A stretch of 62,960 bases of DNA, counting the filler. It is 12 parts of 12 records of this genome, joined end to end, with 100 filler letters (N's around TTAATTAATTAA, not from the genome) between each part and the next. Parts side by side here need not be neighbours in the genome. Positions count along the whole stretch, not along the records: positions 1 to 4,264 come from SRR7504441_7719; positions 4,365 to 13,135 come from SRR7504441_7741; positions 13,236 to 16,596 come from SRR7504441_7747; 9 more parts are not named here. One strand, given 5' to 3'. The notes beneath the pieces were generated by a model. That model was not told where the DNA came from. It did not search any database and saw only the letters and a list, made by a program, of their open reading frames with translations. The position numbers and the translations under genes were made by a program. Shown one piece after another: positions 1 through 13,346 of this stretch. Position 1 is the stretch's first letter. Each line of letters opens with the position of its first letter.

Positions 1-192
1 ACGTGAGCCAGCTTCTTGCTGAATGTAGTCATCTAGTACGTATGTGCGATCTTACTGTACTACTAAAGTACTATTTTGTACTGTTATTTTGTACTGTACC
101 TGCGATTGGTACCTGTATACTGTACTGTACTCGAGAACTTGAACCCGGGAACCGGGAAGGGCGGTGTGCGGACGTCGACTGCTAGTAGGCAA

Positions 193-3100
193 ATGTCAGC
201 TGCTGCCAAGCGGAGCCGGCAGCCTGAGGCCACGCCGGTCCGGTCTTCCACCTCGCTCGACGGTGTGGGCGAGCGGTGGGTGCCTTGTGCCGACGACTGG
301 CCGACAGGCAGCACAGCAAAGAAAGCTCGCGCTGAGCCACTGTGTGTATCCTGCTGGCACACCCGGGCTCAGCAGCTCCTTGTGCAGAGCCTTCCTTCAG
401 GGTAGTATCGTGCAGATCAAGCTCAAGAACTTCATGACCTACGACGATCAAGTGCTGCAGAGCGGGTGCGGAGCTGCGCGGGTTCAGGCTCAGTTCACGC
501 AGGCCGCGCATGAACTTCGTAATCGGTCCCAACGGTACCGGCAAGAGCAGCCTGATGTGCGCAATCGCCGTCGGGCTCGGAAGTTCCACCTCGGTGCTGT
601 GGCTCGAACCCAGCGGCTGAGTGCTCCAACCCTCCAGGTGCTCGGGCGCGGTTCCAAGGAGGATAGCTTCGTGAAGCGCGGCAGAGATGCAGCCTTCGTC
701 GAGATCGAGTTGAAGAACAACACTGGGCCTAATTTTGTCATCCGGCGGATTTTCCAGGCCGCTAGTGCTGCCACCAGTTACACACTCAATGGTCGCCCCA
801 CGCCTTTACTGGCAGCCAGACTGTCGACTCGTTCAGTGCTGAGCACTGACTAATTCGGCACAGGCGCACCCGCTACTGCCAAGGATGTGGCTGGGCTGGT
901 CGACCGGCTCGGAATCCAGATCGATAACCTATGTCATTTCCTGGCCCAGGACAAGGTACCTGAATTCGTCCAGCTTTCGCCTCAGGTGCACTAGTGCTAG
1001 TGCCAGTAGTTGGCAATCGCGGGCAGGATCGGCTGGTGCACACAGCCAAGGCGGTTGGCCGTAAGGATCTTGTGGAGATGCAGCAGAGCTTACAGAAGCA
1101 GCAGGAGACAGTGGACAAGCTACGGCAATCGGTGGCGACTGACGAAAGCAGCATTGACACTTTGGAGAAGCAAAACAAGGACATTGAGAATGACCGGGTG
1201 CGGTTGATGGAGTGCAATCGGAAGAAGCGGGACGCCAATGTGCTCAAGGCAGCTGGCGCGGCTTGCTGGGGTGTTGAGTGACAGGACAGGTGCAGTTGAC
1301 AGCCATCCAGGCCAAGGACCAGAAAGAGAAAGCCCGGAGAGAGCGTGAAGCGCTCAAGACTATAGATACTGACCTCGAGGCGGTCAACGATAGGCTCAAG
1401 GCGCTGCAACAACCGCAGAAGGAGCAGAAAGGGAAGCTTGAAACACTTGAAAAGGAGCTGGACAAAGCATGGAAGAAACTGGAGTGACTGCGTGTTCGGT
1501 ATTGGTGTGCTGATTTGCTGCGGGCTGCAGGAGTGCGCAGAAATCGTGCACTTCAACCGGAGACAGGCTAGAGGAGGTGGAGAATGAGATCGAGGATCGA
1601 GAAAAGGACAAGAACAGCCTGGAGAAGGACGTGCAGAAGGCCCAGAAGAAGATTCAAGACAAGGAGAAGCAACGGAAGGATTGTGTCCGTAAGCTCGACG
1701 CACTCAAAAATATTAATAGCGCCGAGATAAAGGAGCGGATAAAGGAGCTGTCGTCCAAGATGGAAGTCCTCAAGAAAGAGATCCGTACTGCTTCGAATGA
1801 AGAGCAGCGTATTTTGAGCTCGCTGCCGGAGCTCGATCAGCAAGAGAGTCAGCTCAAAGTTGAACTGGACAAGCTACAGGAGAGAAACCGAGTAAAGCTT
1901 CAGACGCTCAGCCGTGAACGACGCGGGGGGGTGCAGGGGACGGAAATTGTAGAAGCGCACCAATGGATCCAAGCGCATCAGGAACTCTTTGAGCAGGAGG
2001 TGTTTGGGCCACTGCTGCTGAATATAGAATTAGGAAATCCGCAGGATGCTGCAATGGTAGAGGCCTCCATCGGTGGTCTTCGCTCGCTGGTTGCGTTTGT
2101 CGCACAAACTGAGGCGGACAAGAATACGCTACTGAATAAGGTGTACAGGCAGATGCATAAGAGCATCACTGTTTGGATGGTTCCCAATCAGCAATTCAAA
2201 CGTGTGCAGGACCGCGGTACATGGAAGAAACTGCGGGATGCAGGAGTGCAGGGAACTGTTGACGAGCTGTTTCAGTGCCCCGAGCCAGTGATGCAGGCGC
2301 TGCGAGCCCAGTACAGTATACATGACAAGCTCTATGGTGACGATAAGGCCATGCGGGATCAGAAGCTGGTACAGAGTGGGATCCTGCCAAATTTGGTCAC
2401 CCGAACTCAGATGATGAGTTCTGTCACGTCCAGATACGGGAGCAGGAATGTGAGCACAAACTCCAGGGCTCTCGGGCCTGCTAACTTTGTCCATCTCTGT
2501 GTGAGCACGCGCGACGAGGAGCGTCGGCTGGCAGAGCGCATGCAGACGATCCGCGAGGAACGTCAGTCGAGAGGTCAGAAACGTCAGAAAATAGCCGAGG
2601 AGAACACCGTGAGACAGCGCGAGATGAGAGATATGAAGGAAGAGAGGGCAGGGCTGCAAAACCGTGATCAGCAAAAGGCCAAGCTGGAGGGCCAGGTCCA
2701 GTTCATAGATGAAGAGCTAGACGTGCAGAGAGGTAAGCTGGATATCTCGCAGCAGACCAAGCAGTTGGATAGAGAGATCTGCAAACTCTCCAAGAGCAAA
2801 GTGCCACATGTAGTAGCCACAGTTGGGAACATCAAACAGGTGTGTCGGGCCTGGTTTGGCTTGGCTTGAGTCATGGCCAGGTTCTAGAGAGCTCAAACGC
2901 CAAGCTGCTAATTGAGATCGATAAGAAGAGTGTGGAGCAGCAGCTGCAGCGGCTCCAATCAGATGTGCGGCAAGCGAAGGTACGTTCTAGTTGATGATCG
3001 CTGATCGCCCTGTGACGCAGAGGGACAAAGAGATAGTAGAGGAACGGAAGAGAAACGGCGAGAATCACGTTCGAGCGCTGGACCGAGAAGCCAAGACAAC

Positions 3101-4069
3101 CGAGACCATGGCTAAGGATCTGCGGAAGGAAACCCAGAGGACCCTGCGCGCCCAAGATCCAAATGCCCCTGACCTCGAGATGGCGATAGAGGTAAGTTCA
3201 CAACCTAGAGCAGAGCGCTAAGGGGTGGTGCGGTGATAGGAAGCTATGAGGCAAGTGCCTGAGCCTAAGAGCCCGGATGAAATCGAAAACTACATGGGCA
3301 AAGTGTCGGCCGAAGCTGAGCTGATTTTTGTACATAACCCGAATGCAATAAAACAGTATGAGGAGCGTAAGACCAAGCTGCTGCAGCTTCGTGCTGAGAT
3401 GGAGGTAGATGGCCATCTGGGCTACTGGTGAGTAGACCTTGTCTCAGGGAAAAAAGAGCCAGCTGGCTGCGGAGGAGAGCTCTTTGGCCAGTGATCAGAG
3501 CTACTGGAAGTCCGAGCTCTCTCCGATTGTGGAGCAGATCGACAAAGTATTTGCAGAGCACATGAAGGTGGCTGCTGCAATATTTATACATTCCATAATC
3601 GGCTCGGGTGTGTGCAGTCTCTTGAGTTTGACGGCGCAGTCTGCCTACAGGAGCACCCGTCTGACTTTTCAATGTGGTGCATCGACATCAAGGTGCTGGG
3701 CCACTGTCGGCCATCTCATGGCATGGGCAGGTGCGATATAAGCCAGGACAAGAGATCAGGACTCTAGACAGCCAGGCCCAATCCGGCGGGGAGAAGACAA
3801 TGGCCACGATTATCTACCTCACAGCGCTCCAAGAGCAGGCCAGGTGCCCGTTCCGGGTGGTGGACGAGATCAACCAGGGTGTGGATGAGACCAACGAGCG
3901 CAAGATTTTCAAGGTAGTCTCCAACAGCGCGTGCGAGAAGCCACACGTTCCACAAATGTTTATGATGTGCCAGAAGGTGGTGACCGGATTGGAGTACCAC
4001 CCTAACATCACTGTGCTCAACATTTTCAACGGGCCGTTCAACTGCACTCAACGCGACTTGTTGCTTTGA
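193..4069 (+). CDS. SMC5: Structural maintenance of chromosomes protein 5 (multi-exon, many short introns)
   Basis: Spliced reading gives GSIVQIKLKNFMTY..GPRMNFVIGPNGTGKSSLMCAIAVGLG (Walker A), LGIQIDNLCHFLAQDKV, coiled coil/hinge, and QSGGEKTMATIIYLTALQEQARCPFRVVDEINQGVDETNER (signature/Walker B typical of SMC5). GT-AG introns of about 37-70 nt. Confidence 0.96.
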
Positions 4070-4264
4070 TATATAACTCGGCTTACTCGTACAAGTGCAT
4101 TTCGAATGTGCGTTGTTCACGGTTGCCAGCACATTTTGAGATCGGGTTTCTTCTTGATAATATGATTAGTAATGTTTTTAACTAATTGATATTATCTTGA
4201 TGAATAAATCCTTACGTATTCGATAGAATAGAACTGTTAGCTGCCGGTTCCCGGTAGCTCGCGT

Positions 4265-4364
4265 NNNNNNNNNNNNNNNNNNNNNNNNNNNNNNNNNNNN
4301 NNNNNNNNTTAATTAATTAANNNNNNNNNNNNNNNNNNNNNNNNNNNNNNNNNNNNNNNNNNNN
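4265..4364. other. Artificial contig spacer N44-TTAATTAATTAA-N44; identical spacers at 13136, 16597, 19979, 23816, 37664, 43626, 47274, 50881, 55276, 59118
   Basis: Identical 100-bp N-flanked linker with stop codons in all six frames, repeated 11 times; genes are truncated at these points. Confidence 0.99.
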
Positions 4365-5746
4365 CGCGGGCTGCTGGGCGGACACGGCGAGCTGATGCCG
4401 CAGGGGCTGTTCTTCCTGCCGGGCAGCGACCGCCCGCTAGCGGAGGAGCGGGCCTGCGGCGAGCTGCTGGCCGGGCGGGGACGGGTGTGGCTCGAGATGC
4501 CTCACCGGCCTGGCTCGGACCCGACCAAAGAGGAGATGGAGACTTGCCTGCGGATAAAGCAGGCGATCCGGCCGCTGCTCGAGGCTCGGCTGGGGGGCGA
4601 GCCGCCGCTGGCCGAGCTGCGGGCGCTGCTGCTAGAGTCTGAGTACATTGCCACCGGGATGCTTTGCCTCGGCCGGAACGACGGCACTCGGCCGGGCCAC
4701 CTGACCTTGGTCGGGCTCGCGCTGGTTCAGCACGCCCAGCAGCTGGCGGCCAGCCACCCACGCACCCCGATCAAGCGGCGGGCCGCCCAGGCGGCCAGGG
4801 CCGCGTTGGCCCGGGCGGCGGTTGCGGCGGCCGGGGCGTGGCTGGTGGAGTGGCCTGTCGCGCGCCGGGTGTGCAGCGCCGTGGGTGAGCGGCCTGCTGA
4901 GTCCGGGCTGGTGCACGAGATCGGGCCCGGGCGGTGGGCCGGGCTGGGGGCCGAGCTGTGCGGGCGGGGGCTCCTGGTACTCGAGGATGTATTCCCGGCC
5001 CATCTGCTCTGCCGGATGGCGAGCGAAGCTGCGCAGCTGGATGGAGAGAGGCTCCGGCCGCCGGTGCTGCTCCACAGGACCCAACCGGCGGCCCCGGGGG
5101 CCCAGGCCGGCCAATTCGAGGCGGATCACCACCTGCGGGACAGCTCGGTCCGCGGGGACAAGGTGTGCTGGCTGGACGGGTGAGCCACTGGCCTGCTGGT
5201 GCTCTCACTCCGGGCAGGTGCGATCCTGGCATCCCGTGGCTCTCGCAGGTGGTCCAGTGGCTGCGGCAGGAGCTCGGGCACCTGCTGGCCGAGCAGCTCT
5301 ACCAGCTCAGCCGCGGCCGGTGCGCGCTGCAGGCGCCTTCGCTCTCGCTGCAGCTCGCACAGCTGGCGAGATATCCAGGAGACAGCACAGCCGCATTTTA
5401 CAGGCATACCGACAACATCGGATCTGCCGACGACAAGAGGGTGGTCACTGTGATTCTGTACTTGAACGAGGGCTGGCGGGAGGCCGATGGCGGGGCGCTG
5501 CGGCTGCACCTGGTGCGTGCGGGCGGGTTGCCGGCTATTGAGATTGGGGCACAGCCGGCCGGTGACCGCGACGTGATCCCGCAGCTCGGGACACTGGTCT
5601 GCTTCTGGTCGCACCTGACTGCCCACCAAGTGCTCCCGTCGGGCCGGGACCGGCATGCAATATCGATGTGGCTCTCAGTGGATGATATGAGTCAAATGGA
5701 CCTGAGCAGCTGGGAGCTTGCCCACTTTACACAACAGCCCGGATAG
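4365..5746 (+). CDS. 2OG-Fe(II) oxygenase, EGLN/prolyl-4-hydroxylase-like (5' possibly partial)
   Basis: VRGDKVCWLDG, QLARYPG..FYRHTDN (HxD), RVVTVILYLNEGW..DGGALRLH, FWSHLTAHQVLP..RHAISMW; one intron at about 5180-5217. Confidence 0.85.
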
Positions 5747-5793
5747 CCTAAAAGTAGGTTACTGCACCTGGATCTAGTCAATCTAATTTTTAT

Positions 5794-6704
5794 TCACGCC
5801 ATTTTGGCAACATTTAGACACGCCATCGCTGCAAACTTGGGATCCTTGCAGTAACGGCTGCTGCAACCTTGGAGTTTCTTCCAATCTTGATTTTTCCATT
5901 GAAACTTGCAAACCTTGTAGCATCGGACCTGCTTCTTGACGTCACACACTCTCCCTCGGCACACCGTCTCTTTTCTCATTGCGCAGACTGGTGTCATGAA
6001 CCCGCCAGAGCCCTTGACGTCAGCAAACCAGCTTTGAGCATCGAGGTCCGGCAAGCCAGTCACCCTCACGAGTGATGTAACCAGACCGGCCTTGGTGCAG
6101 ATCGAATTGTTGCTAAAGGCATTAGCGCCATCAGGGCCACCGTTCCAGTAGTCACCATCCAGAGTTGCACACCCGATGCGCCCACCCTGCCTTTTAATAT
6201 TATTGAAGTGCTTGCACTGCCCGGCTTTGCTGGTGTGATATTGAAGAAAAAACGCGTAATTTTCATCGTGGCAGCTGGTGCAGGTACAGTAGGGTCCGCT
6301 CATCTTATCTTGGACCCTCCCCTTGCCCCAACCCTCGGTGTCGGCCAGCGTCACCTTGACTGCGGTCTTGCAGCCGCAGGCCCGAGCATTTCTGCACTTC
6401 TTGCTTTTGCACGACTTAGATGGTATTAAGTTTCCCTCGTTCGCGGGGAGCTCCGACCCGGCGGAGCTGTTGAATGCTCCTTCCCACCCTCTCCCGCCGG
6501 TGGCGCTCTTGTTTGGGGCTGTGAGCGGGGCGCTGGAGTCTCTGTTGCCCCCCAAGCTGTACTCCTGGGCCAAGTCAGAGGCGAGCGCCGACTGGGACGA
6601 GTCGCTGCTCCGGCCTGCAACCCCCGTCAGCCCGACCCGTCGAGCCGCTCACCAGGATATGCCAGCGCCGCCAGCACCGCCACGACAACCCGAATCTCCA
6701 CCAT
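5794..6704 (-). CDS. Secreted cysteine/lysine-rich protein of unknown function
   Basis: Signal-peptide-like MVEIRVVVAVLAALAYP, one GT-AG intron, then ORF 5794-6573 with about 20 Cys. Confidence 0.7.
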
Positions 6705-6892
6705 GGCTCACAGGCCAGCCTGCTCAACGGACTTGCAGACGCTCCAGTGAAAAGGTCAGGACACGGTGATTCGTGACTTACTCGTACAACTATGCCGCAC
6801 GTAACAGTATGATTGTACATGCGGTATCAAGTTGGGTAACTTGCGATCGACATCAAGTGATGTTGGTTAGATGCACAGAGCTATTTATTGAC

Positions 6893-8537
6893 TTATTTAG
6901 ACCGTTTGAGCAGCATGGCCTCATAGTTCTGGACTTTCTCTAGCAGCTCAGAGTTCTTATCCCGGCTCTCCTTGAGCTTGCCTTCCAGCTCACTGATCCG
7001 GCCCTTGGCCGCGCTCAGCTCGGTCTTCAGATCTTCCTCCCGCCTGCCCTGCTCGGCCTTCATCTCGGCCGCCGCCCCGTCGCTCTTGTTCTGGCTCTGC
7101 TGCAATTTCTTGCTCATAGCCACCAGTGAGCCGTGCAGCTCACGCTCCTTCATCTTGGCCGCGTGCGCCTCCTCCGTGCGCAGCCGCTCCAACTCGTCTA
7201 CCTTCAGCCGCAGGCTATCGTCCTGCGCCCGCTCTCAGGCGCCTGCCCGGGCTGCCCTGCGCACCGTCGACAGCCTGGCTGCCTCTAGTTCTTCCAGCCG
7301 GGCGGCCAGCTGCGCGGCCAACTCGATCTCGGTCCTGTCCGCCCGGGCCTCCAGCTGCTCCAGCTCGTACTGACAGCCTGCCCCCGAGCTCAGCCGGGTC
7401 GGGCGGCTCATTGTCGCCCCGGAGCGCGTCGTGCTTGGCCGCTCGCTCTAGCATCGTCTTCTGGAGCTCGGCCTCTAGTGCGGCCAGCTTGCCCTTCACT
7501 CGGGCCAGCTCCTCCTTGTCGTGCGAGCGCTCCTGCTCCAGATCGAGCTGCTCTGCCCGTCGCTGCTGCCGCACGCCCAAAAGCTGCTCGGCCGCCTGCT
7601 CAGCCGCCTGCTCCGCGACCTCAAGCTGCCGCTTGAGCGCTGTGTTCTGCGCGTGCAGGCCCAGGCAGCGCTCCTTGAGCCCCGGCAGCTGGCTGGTGAG
7701 CAGCGCCTCGGCCTTCTCTTCCCGGAACTGTATCTCTGCCTTCTCAGCCGCCTGCACCGCCAGCTCCTCCCGCAGCCGGCTAGCCTGGGCCTCCAGCTGC
7801 TCCTTGTCGTGTGACAGCGCCTCAAACCGCTCAGCCAGCCGGCCTGCCGTATCCTGCTGGCCTAGCCTGGCCGCTCGCTCCTGCTCGGCCTCTATCCGCG
7901 CCCTTGCCGCCGCCTGCCCCGCGCGCTCGGCTTGCTCAGCGAGATCCACCGCGCGCGAGGCCGCCCGCTCTTCAACTAGCCGCCGCTCGCTCTTCTCCCG
8001 GTCGCACTCGGCCTGCAGCTGGCCCCTCTCGGCCAGCAGGCCCTCTATCTCCTGGGCAGCCTGCCGCCTGAGCGCCTCCATCCGGTGGGCCGCCCGCTCG
8101 GCTTGGGTCTCCAGCTGGCCGCCCTGCTCGGCCACTGTGGCCTGGAGCAGCCGGGTCTCGTGCAGCAGCCCCTCGAACTCCTTGGCGTCCTCCCGCTCAA
8201 CGGTCAGCTTGTCCATCCGCTCCCGCTCCAGCACCAGCTTGAGCGCCGAGCTCTCCGCCAACAGGCTCTGCAGCCGGCGGGCGGCGCTCCGCTCCTGCTC
8301 CTGCTCCCGCTCCCGCCGCTCGAGCTGCTCCTCCCGCCGCTCCAGCTCGGCCTGGCCCTGCCGCTGCACGTCGGCCTGCCGCTGCGAGAGCAGGTCGGCC
8401 TGCCGGTCCCGGACCCCCTTCGCCTTCCGCTCGCGCGCCAGAGCGGCCTTGAGCTCACGCGCCTCCTCGGCTAGCGCTTTTCGGCTGGGAGGCGGCTCCA
8501 TCGCCTCCCACAGCCGATCGCACTGCTTACGGAGCAT
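6893..8537 (-). CDS. Long coiled-coil protein (start uncertain, possibly 8598)
   Basis: E/Q/R/A-rich heptad ORFs 7215-8540 and 6893-7192, joined by a probable 40-nt GC-AG intron near 7380-7420. Confidence 0.7.
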
Positions 8538-8692
8538 CAACCCGCCACTACAGTAGCCCCACCTCCACCACCCACCACCCTGCTGCCCGCATCCACATCC
8601 AATCGAATCAAGAATTGCGCAAGCCGTTGGGCCAAGGTTTCCCCTGATGATCCAGATGCGTAGGGTGGCCCTTGGGGGGTTTCCTCACTAGG

Positions 8693-11600
8693 ATGCGTAT
8701 TGCCCTTCTGGCCGTGGTGCTGGCGGGGCTGGTCTGGCCGTCGGCCGGCCGGCGGTGCCTCCTGAATGAGACAACGTACCCGGCCAAGTGGAGCACCAAG
8801 CCGAGCTTCGAGCCGATCTTCCAGATATCTTACTGGTGGCTATGCGCCGGGGCGGGCTCAGCCGGGGGGCAGGGACTCGCACATGCTGGTGACCCACGCG
8901 CTCAAGATCCTGGCCGAGGATCTCTATGGGTACAACGTCACGCTCTCCCAGCTCCGCACCTGGGGCGAAAGCATCCTCGAGTCGATGGACGCCGACCAGG
9001 TCGATTTGAACGCTGAGGCCTGGCGGGTCGACCAGCCGATGCTAGCCAAGTACATCACGAAAGCCCTGCCCGCCGGCAGCATCGGGTGCGCCCCGCCGAC
9101 CTGATCGGGCTGAGCTGGCCGCAGCTACTCGGCGCTGTCCGGTCCGCATGTTATTGGTAGTGACCTGCCGCTCGAATATGATAAAGTCCTCTCAAACTAC
9201 AAGAGCCTCCAGACCACCAAAGTGACCAGCTTCCCCTCGGCGGCCGACATCCCCTCCAACGTCAATTGCACCTTGTCCTGGTGCATCGAGCGCGGGGCGG
9301 AGGAACAATACAACTGGGCCGACACATGCGAGGCCGACCCGGCCAGCTGCGGCGCCCTCGGTGAGTAAAAGCCAGCAGCCCGCCGGCTGACACCGGGACA
9401 GCGGTCCCAGAGTGGGCGTATCTGGGCACTCACGCCCAGCTGCTCCGGAACGTGAAGCTCAACCTGACCCTGGTGATATCGCTGGCCGAGCTCGGGCTGA
9501 CTGGTTGGCTAAGGTGTACCGGAGCGACGTGAAGTCGCTGGTCCAGGAGTACTACGATAACAAGAGGCCGTTCCTGTTCTACTGGTGGCAGCCCGAGCGG
9601 ATGATCGAGAACACCGACGCCAAGCTGCTCACGCTCCCCAGCTACAACAACACCCAGTGGAGGACTGCTGATAGAGATGACTGCTGCGCGCCCGACTCGA
9701 TCATTGCCTCGGCCTGGGACTCCGAGCTGCTCTACAAGATCGTCTCGACACGGCTCACAAACAACGCGCCCACGCTGCTGGCGCTGATCCAGAACATGAT
9801 GCTTGGTCGGGGCGAGATCGCCGACATGCTCGCGATGCTGCCAGCCGACAGCCCGGACGACTTCAACCCCGACGCGGAGGAGACTGCCTGCCGCTGGCTG
9901 CTGGAGTACCCGTGGGTGTGGGAGTCCTGGCTGCCCCAGCTGTACTGCCAGAGCAACTATAAAGTGAATCAAACTGAACAAGGCAGAGAGATTTGCGAGC
10001 CGTGCGAAGCCGGCAAGGAGTCTTCGGCCGGGTTTGGGACCACGAGCTGCACCGACTGCCCAGCCGGCACGTACAGCTCCCAGCCGGGCCAGGGCTGCCA
10101 GACCTGCCCGCTGAGCTCGTACGAGCCAAACACGGGCTCCACGCAGTGCATCGCATGCCCTGCTGATTCTAAGCGGGACCTCGAAAATTGCTTCCCCGAC
10201 CCTCATACTGGATACTGCGAGGCCGACAGGATACAGCAGTGCATGTGCGAAAAGGGCACATACATGGTGGCAGACGGCAACGGCTTCACCTGCAACCCCT
10301 GCCCGGAGACCAGCCTCGCATTTGGAAGCGAGAAGTCAGCAGAGTGCCAAGGCATGTACACTAACCCATACAGCAAGCAGAAATACTGGGCTAGCCAAGA
10401 AAAACCACTCGAGTTCTTTCGGTGCAACTTTGGTTCGTGCGTGGAGGGGCAAGCCACGTGCTTTGGCACCGCTACACCTGGCTATCCACAGTGTAGCGAC
10501 GGTAACTACACTGACGGAATACTTTCCCGGTGCGAAGACCACTATCACGGTACCCTGTGCGCCCATTGCGAGTCCGACTACTTCAAGTACGGCAGCTATT
10601 GTCAAAGCTGCCCGGATGAAAGCTGGGGCTGGCTTTTGTACATTATTTCTCCTCTTTTCTGGGTCTTCTTCTTCTTTCCCATGTTCAAGCTGCTGATCGG
10701 CAAGAAAATCACCCCGTCGCTGTTCGTGTCGCTGCCGTTCGTCCAGATATCTGCTATTATTGGCACATTTGGGTTCGACTGGCCCGATTTGGTCAAAGGT
10801 ACGTTGTCACAATTCAAGTTGGTTAACTTTGATATCAATCTATTGCTCTTCGACTGCTGGGCTAGCGAGGATCGGACGGGAATTGACCGAGAATTCCTCG
10901 GGCAATGGCTGTTTGTCGAGTCTTTGCCTCTCATGTATGCCGCACGATGTGAGCTGCATGCGCCAAGCGCAGGGGGCTGAGCCTGTGTGTTGCAGATTTT
11001 GGATGGCACTATGTTAAGAAATATATTCTTAAGAGCTTCAAGCACGACAAAGGAGTCGACATCGATGGAGATGGAGCTGTCGATAACTCGGCTGAAGCGC
11101 TCTCGTGGTACAGGGCTCTTAAAAGTACGGGCTTCTTGACAAATGTGACTGGCCAGATCTTTGGCCCTGCCTCTGACAGTTGTGCTGGATGCAGTTGCTG
11201 TACATTGTGTTGACTTCAACTTGGATGCAACTGTACAACTGTACGGAGATCTATGAGGGGTACTCAGTGCTGACCCTCGACCCGCGAATCCGGTGCTACG
11301 AGGGGCAGCATCTGGTCGCAATGGTGCTGTCGGTGTTCCCGATGTTTCTTTACACGATTGGCTGGCCGGTGTGTCTCTGCGTCATGTTCTACGTGGGTTC
11401 AAACAAGTTCAAGCTCAACGATCCAACGTTTGAGCTGTGTTTTGGCTATATATACAAGCGGTATGAGGCCGAGTGGTTTTGGTGGCACATTGTCGTGATG
11501 GGGTACAAGCTGGCATTCGTGCTGATTAGAGTATTCCTGTTCCAGACTTTCTGGCAAGGGCCAGTCGCGTTGCTAGTTGTATTTGTGCTAGTGATGACCC

Positions 11601-13135
11601 AAACATACGCCCGACCGTTTGAGTCGGATAAACTCGACAGGATGATGACCTGGGTCCAGACTGCGCTTTTCATTGAGATTGTGATCGGGATCCTCTTCTG
11701 CACCGACTTCGGCGAGAGTGACATGAAGACCGGATTAACTGTGCTGATCATGGTCGTTCTGTTCGGTACTCTGCTCTACATCCTCGCCGAAATGTACTTG
11801 GATGTGATGAGATTTAGGACCCAGCAGTTGCTGAACTCCATTTTTGAACGCGAAATCTCCGCAGGGCGCGAAAGCACCTTCTTGGACGCCAACATGTTCA
11901 CTCAGAAACGCTTCGCGAAGTGGGTCTTCGAGGCAAACGACGACAACGAGCAGTGGCGTTTGTTCGCTCGGTTCAGCAAGAGCATGAAGAAGAAGGCGTA
12001 CAGGCTGCCCGAGCACCTGAAGGATCAGGTGCTGAGGATGATCAAAGGCGCCCCGGAGCTGCTCGATCTGGCCTTGTACAGCACCGACGCCAAGATCATG
12101 TGCAAACCGCTCGGCGTACGATTGTGCGATGAGCTCGCCAATCGATATCACGGTGACCTACTCGCGAATCAAGGGTGCGTGATGCAAGAGGAAATACCGA
12201 CACACCCGATCGGGATAGCCAGCTGGGTGATCCGAAGTATGAAGGAGAAGTACATGGGAGAAGAGACGCTTCAGTTGCCAACTTGGTTTGGTGGAAGTAA
12301 GATCGAGATGGTGGGAGGGATTCCAGCTGACATGGCAAAGACTATTTTCAAGCAAGCACACTGGGGGCGCGTATTCTGGTACTTGTGCCACTGCGATAAG
12401 GATGAGCGGGTGCTCGCCTTCGAATGCTTCCTAATGATGTTTCACCGCAAGTTCTTTAGCGAGCAGGAGTGCCGCAGCGCATATCAGAAGAAGGTGGCCA
12501 AAACGAATGTGGATCACAAGGTCATACTGTATGCCATCAACGACTGGATAGAGAAAACGAAAGCATGCAAGGCAAAAGAAATTGGCAACTGGTTTCTTCA
12601 AACTCAAGCCAAGGCAAAGGAACCTGAACTCGAGCAAAAGGAGGATCCTGCCGTCGGGGTGCCGCCTGGCGCACATGACGACAGCCAGTATTCGTCCAGT
12701 GGCCCCCACATACAAGTGGAGCTTAATCCGATCCAGAGTCTGCCCATCTATGCGAACACAAGCACGGGGCCAAGCATGGCCAGCACTTGCCGGCGGTACT
12801 GGGACAGGTACGATGCGGACGGGGTGGGCAGGTTGGCCAGTCCGGAGGACTTGGAGATGCTCCTGATGAATCTGATCGCCCAGACCCAGTTCGCCGAGCT
12901 CACCCGCCAGCACGAGTATGACTGGGCTGCCCTAGAAGCTAAAGTGGCGAGCTCGCGAGCAGAGATGGAGGCGGCGGTGCAGCAGGACAGACAGTTTAGT
13001 GTCTCGCTCAATGGATTCGTCACCTGGTTCGACGCCAGCTTCGTCAAGAATCAAGCCGTTGCGTTGAGCGAGGCGAGAGCAGCTACACCTCAAAAGACCA
13101 GTGAGGTAGAAGGTACGAGTACGCCTCAAAACAGC
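8693..13135 (+). CDS. Multi-pass membrane receptor-like protein: signal peptide, periplasmic-binding (ProX/OpuAC-like) ectodomain, Cys-rich ephrin/TNFR-like repeats, multi-TM region, EF-hand-like loops (3' partial)
   Basis: MRIALLAVVLAG signal; LKILAEDLYGYNV, VDLNAEAW, PFLFYWWQPE, ACRWL..W.SWLP (betaine-binding-like motifs); CxxCPAGTYS repeats; LTLDPRIRCYEGQH, FGYIYKRYEAEWFWWHIV, YARPFES TM motifs; DIDGDGAVD and DADGVGRL loops. Confidence 0.8.
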
Positions 13136-13346
13136 NNNNNNNNNNNNNNNNNNNNNNNNNNNNNNNNNNNNNNNNNNNNTTAATTAATTAANNNNNNNNN
13201 NNNNNNNNNNNNNNNNNNNNNNNNNNNNNNNNNNNGTGTTTTGTAAGATGTGGTGACTATCCGCCTAAAATCTAATCTTTTTTTTTCCAACCTCTTTTAG
13301 AACGACACAACCAACTCGCCCGGCAGCCGAATCCTCCGACGGAGCG

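Noticed and set aside
853-3431. In-frame stops and frameshifts in SMC5 and other genes suggesting pseudogenes or a reassigned code
   Set aside because: All are resolved by short spliceosomal introns; TAA, TAG and TGA all act as normal terminal stops.
4309-4320. TTAATTAATTAA palindrome recurring 11 times
   Set aside because: Always centred in 44+44 Ns: an artificial join. Gene adjacency across spacers therefore means nothing.
7126-8556. Long antisense/overlapping ORFs (e.g. 7126-8556 +, 14010-15182 -, 49686-50567 -, 60567-61484 -)
   Set aside because: Shadow frames of GC-rich coding genes with no recognisable motifs.
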